Shown: piece after piece, positions 9,262 to 19,236 of the stretch
How the letters are laid out: every line of letters starts with the position of its first letter
Position numbering within the stretch: the stretch's first letter is position 1
Assembly (NCBI GenBank): GCA_963675595.2
Contig: CAXXLZ010000001.1
Coordinates: 1,717,448-1,781,447, forward strand
DNA from: Thermodesulfobacteriota bacterium
GTDB taxonomy: Bacteria > Desulfobacterota > Desulfarculia > JACQYL01
Reading direction: 5' to 3'
DNA: 64,000 nucleotides
The notes under the pieces: model-generated
What the model saw: the letters and a program-made list of their open reading frames with translations, nothing else
Databases searched by the model: none
Told to the model about the DNA's origin: nothing
Program-made: the position numbers and the translations under genes

Positions 9262-10299
9262 ATGAAAACCGACTACATCGAGATTCAGCCCAGTCTAGTC
9301 AACTTCTACATTGATTTTCCCATCTACATCATCCATCCAAAGGAAGACAAACTAGTACGCTTTCTTCCCAGAAAGGACGAATACGCCAGGAAGGCCATCG
9401 ATGAAATGGTCTCCCGGGGCATCAAGGTTTACGTCAGACTTGTCGACCATCACCATCGGAGCGAAGTCATTGAGGCCAATCTGGCCGAATTCCTCAAAGG
9501 CCCTTTCAATCAAGAGAAAGCCGCAGTTATCAGGGACCTGACAATCCAGTTGGTCAACGAATTCTTCGCTGGAAGGTTGTCGAAAGACAGAGATCAAACG
9601 GTGGATTCTTCGGCCCTCAAGCGCATGGACGAGATTGTGGGCCATTATGTGCGTTTACTCGACCTCGAAAACGCTCAAGACGTATTGAAAATGCTCCAAC
9701 GGGTCATGGTGAAGGATTTCTCGACCACGGCACACTCGGTCAATCTCATGCTGCTTGTGATCCGCTTTCGCGGCCGAGAGAGAGAAAGGTTGTATCCGGT
9801 CCGAGCCGTGCCGGATGAAATGGTATCCAACCGGGGGCAAATCCGGGAGGAGATTCACTGGGAAGATCGAAGGTGGGCGTTGGCCGCCCTGCTTCACGAC
9901 ATAGGCAAGATTTACGTACCGGATGAAATCGTCAAGTCTCGTAGAAAGCTGACTCCCCGAGAGTTCAAGTTGATGCAGCAACATGTGGAGTTCGGATGGG
10001 AGTTCGTTCGCTCGGCGGGACTGAGATACGGTTACAACGACGTGGTTCGCAGCGCGATACTGGAACACCATGAAAGGCTGGATGGTTCGGGCTATCCTTT
10101 GAAGCTCACCAATGTCGGCACTGTGGGGCAAGTGATGGGTATTCTGGACGCCTACGAAACCTTGACCACGCCCAACCGCCCGCACAACAAGGGCAGCACA
10201 CCCTTCGAGGCTCTGATTGCCCTGAAAAAAGACACCCAGGAAGGTAAATTCGACTCAGTGCTATTCAAAAAGATCGTCGAGCTACTGGCCCAGGACTGA
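9262..10299 (+). CDS. HD-GYP domain phosphohydrolase (putative cyclic dinucleotide phosphodiesterase)
   Basis: LLHDIGK, HHERLDGSGYP, DAYETLTTPNRP. Confidence 0.88.
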   Translation: MKTDYIEIQPSLVNFYIDFPIYIIHPKEDKLVRFLPRKDEYARKAIDEMVSRGIKVYVRLVDHHHRSEVIEANLAEFLKGPFNQEKAAVIRDLTIQLVNEFFAGRLSKDRDQTVDSSALKRMDEIVGHYVRLLDLENAQDVLKMLQRVMVKDFSTTAHSVNLMLLVIRFRGRERERLYPVRAVPDEMVSNRGQIREEIHWEDRRWALAALLHDIGKIYVPDEIVKSRRKLTPREFKLMQQHVEFGWEFVRSAGLRYGYNDVVRSAILEHHERLDGSGYPLKLTNVGTVGQVMGILDAYETLTTPNRPHNKGSTPFEALIALKKDTQEGKFDSVLFKKIVELLAQD

Positions 10300-10422
10300 T
10301 GGGCCGGTTTCCTCATCCGTCACGCCTTTCCCGATCTCTCGCATAAGCGGTCCAAGAGGCACCCGGCCGCCGATAAGTTAAATAGAGAACCGCCGGCGCT
10401 TCGGGGGCTCCTTTCGAGACCG

Positions 10423-10740
10423 TCAAATCGGCGGAGCGATGGTCACGATGACCCGCATGTTCGTCCGCGCTCGAACACCGTGAGGTTCTGAAATCTCCGA
10501 GATGAGCACATCGCCGGGTCTCGCCGGCAAGGTTGCATTGTCCTTGCCCAGGAATTCGCCTTCACCTTCCACCACGGTGATACTCAGTTGACCGTCCACG
10601 TCATGGGAATGAACGGGCAACTCCTGTCCCGCCGTGAAATTGAAGTTCAGTATTTTGAAGTACGGCGAATCATGCACCAACAGCCGCGAAAGGCCCAACT
10701 CTTTGAAGCCGTTTTCCTCAATAATGTTTGTCTTTTTCAA
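10423..10740 (-). CDS. Cupin domain protein
   Basis: GQELPVHSH...VVEGEG...EPHGVRA; last gene of the hcp cluster. Confidence 0.85.
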   Translation of the reverse strand: MKKTNIIEENGFKELGLSRLLVHDSPYFKILNFNFTAGQELPVHSHDVDGQLSITVVEGEGEFLGKDNATLPARPGDVLISEISEPHGVRARTNMRVIVTIAPPI

Positions 10741-10892
10741 TCCATGGTCTCCTTAATGATCCTCGGCCTCCGGGAAGGAGAATTTGCTCGTTCACACTCC
10801 TGAAAGCCGCCTGAGCGAATAGAAGATTTCCACGATCCTCCACCGTCTCCGTTTCACGACCGATCGTGTCCTCGATCCGACAAGGCATCGAT

Positions 10893-11660
10893 TTACGAAG
10901 CGATTCTCCGTCTTTCGAGAATTTCTCCACCCCTGCCGATCACCACATCTTCGATGGGAATCGCTTTCCCCGCTGCTTCGGCCCCTTTGCGGACAACGGC
11001 GGGAAGCGCCGAACAACACGGGACTTCCATATCCAAAACGGTGACACTCCTGATTTGGCCTTGTTGAAAGATTTCTTTGAACCTGCGAACGTACTCATCG
11101 GTATCATCGAACTTGGGGCAACCAAGCAGCACTACTCTGCCCTTCAAAAAGTCGCGATGAAACGACGGATAGGCCACAGGCACGCAGTCCGCCGCAACCA
11201 ATAAGTCCGCTCCTTTAAGAAACGGGGCGGTTGGAGGTACTAGTCGTATCTGGATCGGCCAATGACTTAGGGCCGAATCTTCCCCGCCCCGGCTCACCGG
11301 CTTGTTCGCCTCCGCGCAGGAAACCCCGGCCTCAGGCGACCTGGCAAGCGTAACAGGACGGGCGGACGGACAACCTCCGGGGCTTGCCGCTTCGAACTCC
11401 TTGTCCCGTGATTCCATCTCCGCGAGATATTCTTCCACCGCCTCCTCGTCGAATTCCTCGGCCTCACGTTCTATCACCCTGAGAGCGCCGGTCGGGCAAT
11501 CCCCCAAGCACGCCCCCAGCCCATCACAGTATCTCTCCGCGACCAACACGGCTTTTCCATCCCTGATTTCAATCGCTCCTTCGGCGCAAGATGGTACGCA
11601 GTTTCCGCATCCGTCACACAGTTCATGATCGATTTCGACAATTTTTCTCAGCGTTTTCAT
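10893..11660 (-). CDS. 4Fe-4S ferredoxin-like protein of hcp loci
   Basis: CDGCGNCVPSC, CDGLGACLGDC, WPIQIRLV, ADCVP, GCPKFDD, MEVPCC; RBS GGAGG before ATG 11660. Confidence 0.85.
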   Translation of the reverse strand: MKTLRKIVEIDHELCDGCGNCVPSCAEGAIEIRDGKAVLVAERYCDGLGACLGDCPTGALRVIEREAEEFDEEAVEEYLAEMESRDKEFEAASPGGCPSARPVTLARSPEAGVSCAEANKPVSRGGEDSALSHWPIQIRLVPPTAPFLKGADLLVAADCVPVAYPSFHRDFLKGRVVLLGCPKFDDTDEYVRRFKEIFQQGQIRSVTVLDMEVPCCSALPAVVRKGAEAAGKAIPIEDVVIGRGGEILERRRIAS

Positions 11661-11672
11661 AGGCTCCTCCAA

Positions 11673-12425
11673 TCAGGCCTCCGATCCCGGGTCGCTCGAG
11701 GGTATCAGATTCCGACGTGCCAGGTCTTTGCCGGTGGGAGTCATGAATGATTTCTCTATGATCCGCTCCAACCGCTCCCGAGTCACCCCATCGGTCTTCT
11801 GCTTTTCCTCAAGATTCACAATAAGATCGGCATCGTACACCGCTTTGAAATTCTCGGTTTCTTCCTCCCTCGGCGTATGATGGTGACCTACGATATCGCA
11901 CACCTCTTCGACCAGCCCTTCGCCGGCTCCCAGCCGCTCCATTATCTCCCTAGCAATGGGCGGTCCCTCTTCATGCTGAAAACGGGCGGCGGTGCTGTTA
12001 TGTTTTCTCTCGGCCTCGTGGATGCCGATATCGTGCAGGTATGCCGCACAAAGGACAACGGCTGGATTGCCGCCTTCCTCTTTGACGATAAGTTCCGCTA
12101 ACCGCGCCACCCGGCCGGCATGCCCTATGCGCCGAAAATCCTTGCCGAAATACCGCTTCATTTCCAGCGCCACACGATCCTTGAGCAGGTCTTCCCGTTG
12201 GGCCAATAATTCCGGTGACAAACCTCCGATGCATTTTTCGGCATACCTGCAATAGGATGCACAGCCGAAGTCCATGTTCGGATTCACAAACCGGTGTCCA
12301 CATTGCTTACAGATTCGCGAGGGCTCATCTTTGAAAAACTCCACCTCGCCGCCGCAGTTTGGGCACTTGGCCTCGAATATGGCTCCCGGCTTCCAGTACT
12401 GTGTTTCCTGTCCGGGACACTTCAT
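11673..12425 (-). CDS. HD domain protein with N-terminal Cys-rich zinc-ribbon-like region
   Basis: CPNCG...CKQCG...CASYCRYAEKC; LHDIG, HHH, DAD. Confidence 0.82.
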   Translation of the reverse strand: MKCPGQETQYWKPGAIFEAKCPNCGGEVEFFKDEPSRICKQCGHRFVNPNMDFGCASYCRYAEKCIGGLSPELLAQREDLLKDRVALEMKRYFGKDFRRIGHAGRVARLAELIVKEEGGNPAVVLCAAYLHDIGIHEAERKHNSTAARFQHEEGPPIAREIMERLGAGEGLVEEVCDIVGHHHTPREEETENFKAVYDADLIVNLEEKQKTDGVTRERLERIIEKSFMTPTGKDLARRNLIPSSDPGSEA

Positions 12426-12456
12426 GATCGTCTCCGTTTCAAAAGGTGGAGGGTTT

Positions 12457-12481
12457 GGGAGAGGAGCCGACCTCCTCTCCC
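12457..12481. other. GC-rich hairpin between hcp and the HD gene (mRNA stabiliser or partial terminator)
   Basis: gggagaggag-ccgac-ctcctctccc, perfect 10-bp stem. Confidence 0.5.
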
Positions 12482-12492
12482 TTTATCTCAAG

Positions 12493-14121
12493 TTAACCCA
12501 AGATGGCCTTGATGTCCGCTTCGGGTGTGGTAATCGGCATAATGTTGAAGTTTTTCACAAGCACATCCAATACATTGGGAGTAACGAACGCGGGCAACGA
12601 GGGCCCAAGGCGGATATCCTTGACCCCCAGGTGCAGCAGGGTCAGCAAAATCGCGCAAGCCTTCTGCTCGTACCAGGAAAGGATCATGGACAAAGGCAGA
12701 TCGTTCACGCCTACGTTGAAGGCCTGAGCCAAGGCGACCGCGATCTGGATGGCCGAGTATGCATCGTTGCACTGACCGATATCCAGAAGCCTCGGAATGC
12801 CTCCGATGTCGCCGAGTTGCTTGTCGAAGAATCGAAACTTTCCACAAGCCAAAGTCAGGACGACCGTATCTTTGGGAAGCTTTTCGACGAACTCGGTATA
12901 ATAGTTGCGGCCGGGTTTGGCGCCGTCACACCCCGCCACCAAGAAGAAACGCCGGATGGCGCCGCTTTTCACCGCTTCGATAACCTTATCCGCCACTCCC
13001 AGCACCGCGTTGTGGCCGAACCCGCACAGCACGTTTCCTCCATCGGAGTCTTCCGCATAACCGGGCATGGCCAGCGCCTTTTCCACCACCGGTCCGAAAT
13101 GGGGGCTTTCGACGTGCGTTACGCCCGGCCACCCAACCAGTCCGGTGGTGAAGATGTTGTCCTTGTAGGAATCTTGGGGTTTCTGGATACAGTTCGTCGT
13201 CATCAGGATCGCGCCGGGAAAGTCGACGAATTCTCGGATTTGATTCTGCCAGGCGGTTCCATAATGACCATAGAAATGCGGGTACTTTTTCAGCTCGGGG
13301 TATCCGTGAGTGGGCAGCATTTCCCCGTGAGTGTATACATAGATTCCTTTGCCTTCGGTTTGTTTCAAAATCTCTTCCAGGTCTTTGAGATCATGTCCGG
13401 AAACGAGTAATGCCTTGCCCTTCTTGTGTCCAAGAGGTACGGACGTGGGCACGGGATGCCCATACTTACCGGTATTCGCGGCATCGAGGAGTGCCATGGC
13501 TTTGAGATTGGTCTCGCCGGTTTTCAGCGCCAGCCCCACCCAATCCTGCAACGACAGTGCCGAATTCTCCATCGCGGCCAGTGTCTCGTGCACGGATTCA
13601 TAAATGGAATCGTCGTATTGACCCAGGATATGCGCGTGGTCGGCATAGGCGCACAATCCTTTGATCCCATAGATCGTGGTCTGCTGCAGCGAATGGATGT
13701 CGGGATCGATGCTCGGATCCGACTTGACACCCACTTTTTCCGCTTGTTGAAGCATGCCTTCGAGGCTCGAAGCGGGTTTGAAATTCACCGAGTCGTTGGG
13801 AAGATCAACCTTCCCGCCGGCTTTCCGCACATCCTCTTTGAGCCGGTCCCTGAGGTCGGCACATTTACGAATATATCCCACGAACCGATCCGGATCGAAG
13901 TTGACGTTCGTAAGGGTCGCGAAAGCCGCTTCCGCGGTGAACACGTTAACCTCCCGGTCATTCACGCCCACCTTGCGACCTTCCACCGCCACGTGAGACA
14001 ATCCCTTGAGCCCGTGTAACAGGAGATCCTGGAGCGCCGCGACTTCGGCGGTCTTGCCGCACACGCCGATCTTCGTGCAACCCTCGCCTTTGGCCGTCTG
14101 TTCACACTGGTAACAAAACAT
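12493..14121 (-). CDS. hcp: Hybrid cluster protein (hydroxylamine/NO reductase)
   Basis: MFCYQCEQT...GCTKIGVCGK, SGHDL, THGEMLP, TTNC, GCDG, ACGK, GQCND, SWYEQKA. Confidence 0.97.
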   Translation of the reverse strand: MFCYQCEQTAKGEGCTKIGVCGKTAEVAALQDLLLHGLKGLSHVAVEGRKVGVNDREVNVFTAEAAFATLTNVNFDPDRFVGYIRKCADLRDRLKEDVRKAGGKVDLPNDSVNFKPASSLEGMLQQAEKVGVKSDPSIDPDIHSLQQTTIYGIKGLCAYADHAHILGQYDDSIYESVHETLAAMENSALSLQDWVGLALKTGETNLKAMALLDAANTGKYGHPVPTSVPLGHKKGKALLVSGHDLKDLEEILKQTEGKGIYVYTHGEMLPTHGYPELKKYPHFYGHYGTAWQNQIREFVDFPGAILMTTNCIQKPQDSYKDNIFTTGLVGWPGVTHVESPHFGPVVEKALAMPGYAEDSDGGNVLCGFGHNAVLGVADKVIEAVKSGAIRRFFLVAGCDGAKPGRNYYTEFVEKLPKDTVVLTLACGKFRFFDKQLGDIGGIPRLLDIGQCNDAYSAIQIAVALAQAFNVGVNDLPLSMILSWYEQKACAILLTLLHLGVKDIRLGPSLPAFVTPNVLDVLVKNFNIMPITTPEADIKAILG

Positions 14122-14238
14122 GCTGTCCTCCTCCTTATTGCGGGTTCCGTTTCATCTTCTTATGTCGTGTCCTTATCGGACGCGACCCGTTTTTCTGTTG
14201 ACGTTGCGGTGATGTTAAGAGAAAGAGCGGAAGAAGAC

Positions 14239-14254
14239 CTTGATCTAAGTCAAG
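14239..14254. promoter_or_regulatory. FNR-like box, likely HcpR binding site
   Basis: CTTGA-TCTAAG-TCAAG palindrome between divergent hcp and the Crp/Fnr gene. Confidence 0.75.
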
Positions 14255-14365
14255 CCTCCACGTTTTTTTCGTGTCGAGCCGAATGATATTCCTCCACGGG
14301 GGTTCTTTTTGACTTGCGGCGATTCACGTTGTATTTTCATTACAATTCACTTCTGAGGGCGCGAT

Positions 14366-15058
14366 TTGACCAACGGTAGAGTTCAATTCATTTCTCAAGT
14401 CCCGCTGTTCCAGGGTTTGCCCGAACGGCAACTGGTCGAACTCACCGAAATCACAGTAGAACGGAGTTTCGCGAAGGGCGATCCCGTCTTCTTTGAAGGA
14501 GACGAAGGAAACGGCTTTTACGTGATCACGTCCGGAAAAATCCGTATTTTCAAGGTATCCCCGGAAGGAAAAGAGCAGATACTCCACATGTTCGGTCCGG
14601 GTGAGCCTTTCGGCGAAGTTCCGGTCTTCGAAGGCGGCCGCTTCCCCGCCAATGCCGAGGCGTTGGAATCCTGCTCTCTCCTGTTCTTTCCCAGACGGGA
14701 TTTCGTACGTCTTATCGAGAAGAATCCATCTCTTGCTCTGAACATGCTCGCCGTGTTGTCCCGCCGGCTCCGTTTTTTCACCCGCCTGGTCGACGATCTC
14801 TCTCTAAAGGAGGTTCCGGGACGACTGGCGGCCCATCTACTGAATCTGAGTTCGAGGAACGGGCTATCGGACCTTGTGGAACTGGACATGGCGAAGACTC
14901 ATCTGGCGAGTCTGTTGGGTACCATTCCGGAAACGCTTTCCCGGATACTTTCCAGGCTGGTCAAAAGTGAACTGATCGAAATGGAGGGACCGAGGATTCG
15001 GATTCTGGACAGGGAGAACCTGGAGCATCTGGCGGAAACAGGCAAAGGATTAGTGTAG
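14366..15058 (+). CDS. hcpR: Crp/Fnr family regulator (HcpR-like)
   Basis: cNMP-binding fold (GKEQIL...FGE), HTH GTIPETLSR; divergent from hcp. Confidence 0.85.
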   Translation: MTNGRVQFISQVPLFQGLPERQLVELTEITVERSFAKGDPVFFEGDEGNGFYVITSGKIRIFKVSPEGKEQILHMFGPGEPFGEVPVFEGGRFPANAEALESCSLLFFPRRDFVRLIEKNPSLALNMLAVLSRRLRFFTRLVDDLSLKEVPGRLAAHLLNLSSRNGLSDLVELDMAKTHLASLLGTIPETLSRILSRLVKSELIEMEGPRIRILDRENLEHLAETGKGLV

Positions 15059-15111
15059 TTTCTCTTTTTGTTACTTTTATTACACAGACGACGTTCATAA
15101 TTCGAGGACAA

Positions 15112-15930
15112 ATGGCATCCGCCAAGAAAACGGCCTCCCAAGGGTTCCACAACAATTTGGAGCGTCTTTATCAAGCCTACAACCGACGCAGCCTGGTTCG
15201 CCCCGATCCTTTGGTCTTCCTATACGATTACCCCAAAGTGGAAGATCGCGAGATCGTCGGCCTGATCGCAGCCCTTCTCGCATACGGCAGAGTGGAACAA
15301 ATTCTGAAAAGCGTCGGCCGGGTATTGACCGTCATGGGTGCCCCTCGACAGTACCTCGTGAATAACGATCCCGCCTCCATCCGAAACGACATGAGAGGTT
15401 TCCGGCACCGTTTTACCGGAGGTGAAGACCTGAGCCTTCTTCTTGTCGGAATGAAGGCGGCGATATCGGAGTTCGGTTCCCTGGAAGCCTGTTTCAGCGC
15501 GGGCGTCACGGCCGGCGACGAAAACGTGATGCCTGCTCTTGAACGTTTCGTCGAGACTCTCTCCCGACCGGCCGGAAACACGCTGCCTTTCCTCTTGCCT
15601 CTTCCAAGCAAAGGAAGCGCCTGCAAAAGGCTTCACCTGTTCCTTCGATGGATGATCCGCAAGGATCGGGTGGATCCGGGCGGATGGAGGCAGGTTCCCC
15701 CCTCGAAGCTGATGGTCCCCATGGATACGCATATGCACCGCATCGCAACGAGTTTGGGGCTCACGTCCCGCAAATCTCCCAACCTGAAAGCCGTGGAAGA
15801 AGTCACCGCGGCATTTCGCCGAATGGTCCCCGAGGACCCCGTCAGGTATGACTTCGCCCTGACCAGATCGGGAATCCGGCCGGACTGCCCTCTCGAACCC
15901 TTTCTATCCCAAAAGAGGTCCGACTGTTGA
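15112..15930 (+). CDS. TIGR02757/DUF2400 family protein
   Basis: LAYGRVEQI, SACKRLHLFLRWMIRKD.VDPGGW, PMDTHM, PEDPVRYDFAL. Confidence 0.88.
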   Translation: MASAKKTASQGFHNNLERLYQAYNRRSLVRPDPLVFLYDYPKVEDREIVGLIAALLAYGRVEQILKSVGRVLTVMGAPRQYLVNNDPASIRNDMRGFRHRFTGGEDLSLLLVGMKAAISEFGSLEACFSAGVTAGDENVMPALERFVETLSRPAGNTLPFLLPLPSKGSACKRLHLFLRWMIRKDRVDPGGWRQVPPSKLMVPMDTHMHRIATSLGLTSRKSPNLKAVEEVTAAFRRMVPEDPVRYDFALTRSGIRPDCPLEPFLSQKRSDC

Positions 15931-16757
15931 GCACTCACCCACCCAAGCCGGGTATGAAGAAGAAGCTTCGACCAAACCGTTTAGGCAGGTTCGGCTCTTT
16001 CATCAAAAAGCATTCATGGTTCTTGTCTTTGGCCGTGACCTTGTTGGCCTGTTCCTTATTCCTTTATGAGCTTCACTATCTGCTGTTCGACGACCTTCAT
16101 CACATTCTCGTCTTTCTATTGCACCACTTGGCGTTCATCCCCATCGAGGTGCTCCTCGTAGGCTTGGTTATCGAGCGCATTCTGGCTCGGAGAGAGAAGA
16201 AGATGATGCAACAGAAACTCAACATGGTCATCGGAACCTTTTTCAGCGAACTCGGCAAGGATCTGGTGAAGGACCTGGCATCCGCCGTGCAGAATCTTGA
16301 TGAAGCCGTGGACTTCCTGACGGTAAAAGGCAACTGGTCCGACAAGGACTACCGCCGTGCTTTGGAGTTCGTGCAGCATTTTCGGTTCGCCGTGGATCCG
16401 GAAAGGCTTGATTTCTCGGCATTGCGTGACAGACTGATCCGTGAGCGAGACCTGTTGGTTCTGCTGTTGGGAAATCCGAACCTGCTCGAAAACGAGGAGT
16501 TCACCGAGCTGCTCTGGTCCGTCTTCCATTTAATCGACGAACTGTCGCACAGAAGTTCTTTCGACGATTTACCGGAACCGGACTCGAGGCATCTCGCTTT
16601 TGATGTGCATCGCGTATACAAAAGGCTTGTGCACGAGTGGATCAAGTATTGTCGACATCTTCAGCGAACCTATCCATACATGTTCGCATATCTTGTTCGA
16701 ACCTACCCGCTGAGGGGCCATATTGCGCCGTCGTCCTCGACGGAACCGCATCCTTGA
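15927..16757 (+). CDS. Conserved hypothetical membrane protein
   Basis: Two TM segments; KLNMVIGTFFSELG, NPNLLENEEFTELLWSVFHL; 4-bp overlap with upstream gene. Confidence 0.7.
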   Translation: MSTHPPKPGMKKKLRPNRLGRFGSFIKKHSWFLSLAVTLLACSLFLYELHYLLFDDLHHILVFLLHHLAFIPIEVLLVGLVIERILARREKKMMQQKLNMVIGTFFSELGKDLVKDLASAVQNLDEAVDFLTVKGNWSDKDYRRALEFVQHFRFAVDPERLDFSALRDRLIRERDLLVLLLGNPNLLENEEFTELLWSVFHLIDELSHRSSFDDLPEPDSRHLAFDVHRVYKRLVHEWIKYCRHLQRTYPYMFAYLVRTYPLRGHIAPSSSTEPHP

Positions 16758-16814
16758 TCAGATGTAATCCAACGTGCCGCCGGCGAACACTTTAAAGCTC
16801 CGGGAGATATTTCA

Positions 16815-17153
16815 ATGACCGCCTCCATCGCGGAAACTATAATGGAAGACCGGGACCTCGGAAAGCTCGTCCGGGTATTGGTCGGCAGGTTCGACCCCGA
16901 ACGGGTGTATTTGTATGGTGATGCGGCGCAAGGGTCGACAACGGACTGCGAAACCTATCATTTGGTCATGGTCGTCTCATCGGCCCACGATCCACAACAT
17001 CAAGAGAAGGAAATCGCCGAAATCACTACCGGGTTGGGGGCTTCGACGCCGGTCCGTGTTCTCACGAGACACGAATTCGAGGGTCAGCTTGAGATACCCG
17101 AATCGCTCCCGAACCTCGTTGCACAAAACGGCTGGGTCCTTTACGGAATTTAA
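16815..17153 (+). CDS. Minimal nucleotidyltransferase (MNT)-fold protein, degenerate
   Basis: FDPERVYLYGDAAQG...LVMVV...VLTRHEF...GWVLYG follows the MNT pattern; RBS GGAG. Confidence 0.6.
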   Translation: MTASIAETIMEDRDLGKLVRVLVGRFDPERVYLYGDAAQGSTTDCETYHLVMVVSSAHDPQHQEKEIAEITTGLGASTPVRVLTRHEFEGQLEIPESLPNLVAQNGWVLYGI

Positions 17154-17198
17154 CCGGACCGGGCCGAATTCTTTGCTCATAAGAAAGGGGGAAAACGG

Positions 17199-17381
17199 AT
17201 GAACGACAAAGAAGAGAAGGTGCTCGAAGCCATGAAGAACGCCGGACAACCCGTCCGTCCCGGTGACGTGGTCACCTCCACCGGACTGTCCAAAGAAGAG
17301 GTATCCAAGACCATCACCTCTCTGAAGAAGCAGGGGCTCATCATCTCGCCCAAGAGATGCTACTACTCACCAGCCGAATGA
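17199..17381 (+). CDS. Small winged-HTH protein
   Basis: 60 aa, EKVLEAMKNAGQPVRPGDV...EVSKTITSLKKQGLIISPKRCYY. Confidence 0.75.
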   Translation: MNDKEEKVLEAMKNAGQPVRPGDVVTSTGLSKEEVSKTITSLKKQGLIISPKRCYYSPAE

Positions 17382-17503
17382 GCGAGGGCGAACCGCCATG
17401 ATTCGAACGGGCGCGGTTCCCGCCGGCCCGTTCAAAACGCATTCGCCCTCTCATCCAATAGCGGAGATCCCAACGGACTTAGCAGCCCTTAAGCGGCTTC
17501 GCC

Positions 17504-19141
17504 CTATTCATCTCGGCCGGCGACCACCGGCTCTGTTTGCTCGGAACCGGCCCAAAGCCTGATCAGGAACGTCTGCATCAAAGACAACACGACGAAGTAG
17601 CCCATCCACGAGGGAAATCCCGCGATCACGGCATTGGAATCGGACCACTGCCACCAGTCCAGCGAAGCAAAAAACAGGATCGCGAACGCCGCTCCGAACC
17701 CGATCACTCGTCGAGAAACGTTCTCCATCACCAGCCTCGCGGAAGGCAGAAGAGCCGCTGTTACGATATAGACTCCGAAAGTCGTGATAATGATCGGCAC
17801 GGCGGGTAGAAAGTTCCCCGAGGGCAACACCTTGAAGTAGGAGAGAATGACGAGGGTTTCCCCCACGAGAATCGACGATACGGCGGCCACCGTACTTGGT
17901 TTTTTGGAATAAAGCCCGAAAAAAACCGTCGGGAAGAGCACGGCCAGACCAGTGAAGGTTTGGGTTGCAATCTGGATGATGGTCGACGAAGGCCGTATGG
18001 CAAAGAAAAGTCCCACCGCCGCCAGACCAAGCACGAAGATTCTACCCGGCAAAGCCGTGGTGCGCTCATCCGACCGCCTGAAGATGGGATATATGTCCCT
18101 CGTGAAAATGGAACTCAACGTCAGAAGCTGAGAGTCCATGGTGGACATCAACGCAGCCAGCCCGGCGGAAATGATGAGCGTACCCATGAAGTCCCCACCG
18201 ATTTCCTTCATCATCAGAGGAAGAACCCGGTCCGCTTCTTTTCCTTCGAGTCCGGGGAAGGAAAGATGCCCGAAAACTCCCAGGGCTACCGGGAGGAAAA
18301 ACACCACAGTGCACACCAGTGGATAAAACAACATGGTGGACCTCAGCGCCGCCGGATTCTTCGCGCTGAAGAACCTCTGAAACAGCTGCGGGAACATGGG
18401 ATCACAGAAGAACCAGAGCATTATGAAGCTGAACCAGAGTTCCGGTCCAAACCGTCCCAGTCCTCCCGGTCGCGAGAGCAGCTCGGGGTGTGAATGCCGA
18501 ACGGCTTCGTTGGCGGCACTCAATCCCCCGTAATGATCCGCCACCATCCAAAGCGCTAGAATCATTAAGAACAACATCAGGAACCCCTGAAAAACGTCCG
18601 TCCAAGCAACAGCCCTGAGCCCGCCTCGAAAGGTGTACAAGACGATGACCAGAGTGATGATAAGAGCCCCTGTTGCTTGAGGAATTTCCAGCAGTTCGTT
18701 CAGCACGTACCCCCCTGCCATGGGCTGCAACGCCAAATAGGGTATGGTGAACACGATCATCACCAGAGCGAAAAGTACGGAGAGTCCCCGACTGCCGTAA
18801 AGCTCGGCCACCAGCTCGGGCGGCGAAACCAATCCCTTCTCCCGCCCCACTTGCCAAATCCGTTTGCCGATGACCCAAAACGTCAGAGCCATGAATCCGG
18901 TGCCGAACCCCACAATGGGGAAGAAAGCATAACCGTCTCGGTATCCCGCGCCGGATGCACCAAACACGGTGAAAGCCGAAAAATTGGTCGCCGCCATGGT
19001 CCCCAGAAGAACGATTCCGCCAAGCCCCCTACCCGCGAGAAAATATTCGTCCGGACTGGAACGCCAGCGCGTTCGCGCAAAGAACCCGATGGCAAGAACG
19101 ACTAAAAAATACCCAGCGATCACGGCAATTCGAACAGACAC
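17504..19141 (-). CDS. Sodium:solute symporter (SSS) family protein with extra C-terminal TM hairpin
   Basis: EYFLAGRGLG, ATNFSAFT, GGLRAVAWTDVFQG, AALMSTMDSQLL; start set at GTG 19141 after RBS GGAGG. Confidence 0.9.
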   Translation of the reverse strand: MSVRIAVIAGYFLVVLAIGFFARTRWRSSPDEYFLAGRGLGGIVLLGTMAATNFSAFTVFGASGAGYRDGYAFFPIVGFGTGFMALTFWVIGKRIWQVGREKGLVSPPELVAELYGSRGLSVLFALVMIVFTIPYLALQPMAGGYVLNELLEIPQATGALIITLVIVLYTFRGGLRAVAWTDVFQGFLMLFLMILALWMVADHYGGLSAANEAVRHSHPELLSRPGGLGRFGPELWFSFIMLWFFCDPMFPQLFQRFFSAKNPAALRSTMLFYPLVCTVVFFLPVALGVFGHLSFPGLEGKEADRVLPLMMKEIGGDFMGTLIISAGLAALMSTMDSQLLTLSSIFTRDIYPIFRRSDERTTALPGRIFVLGLAAVGLFFAIRPSSTIIQIATQTFTGLAVLFPTVFFGLYSKKPSTVAAVSSILVGETLVILSYFKVLPSGNFLPAVPIIITTFGVYIVTAALLPSARLVMENVSRRVIGFGAAFAILFFASLDWWQWSDSNAVIAGFPSWMGYFVVLSLMQTFLIRLWAGSEQTEPVVAGRDE

Positions 19142-19155
19142 AGGTCCACCTCCCC

Positions 19156-19191
19156 AAAAAAAAGCGGCCACCCCGCAAGTCGGGATGGCCG
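19156..19191 (-). terminator. Intrinsic terminator in the symporter 5' leader (attenuator)
   Basis: Minus strand CGGCCATCCCG-ACTTG-CGGGGTGGCCG-C-TTTTTTTT, immediately before the RBS. Confidence 0.8.
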
Positions 19192-19236
19192 TAAGCCTGA
19201 CATAACCTGCAAACAACTGACTAATTGTTGCGCGGG

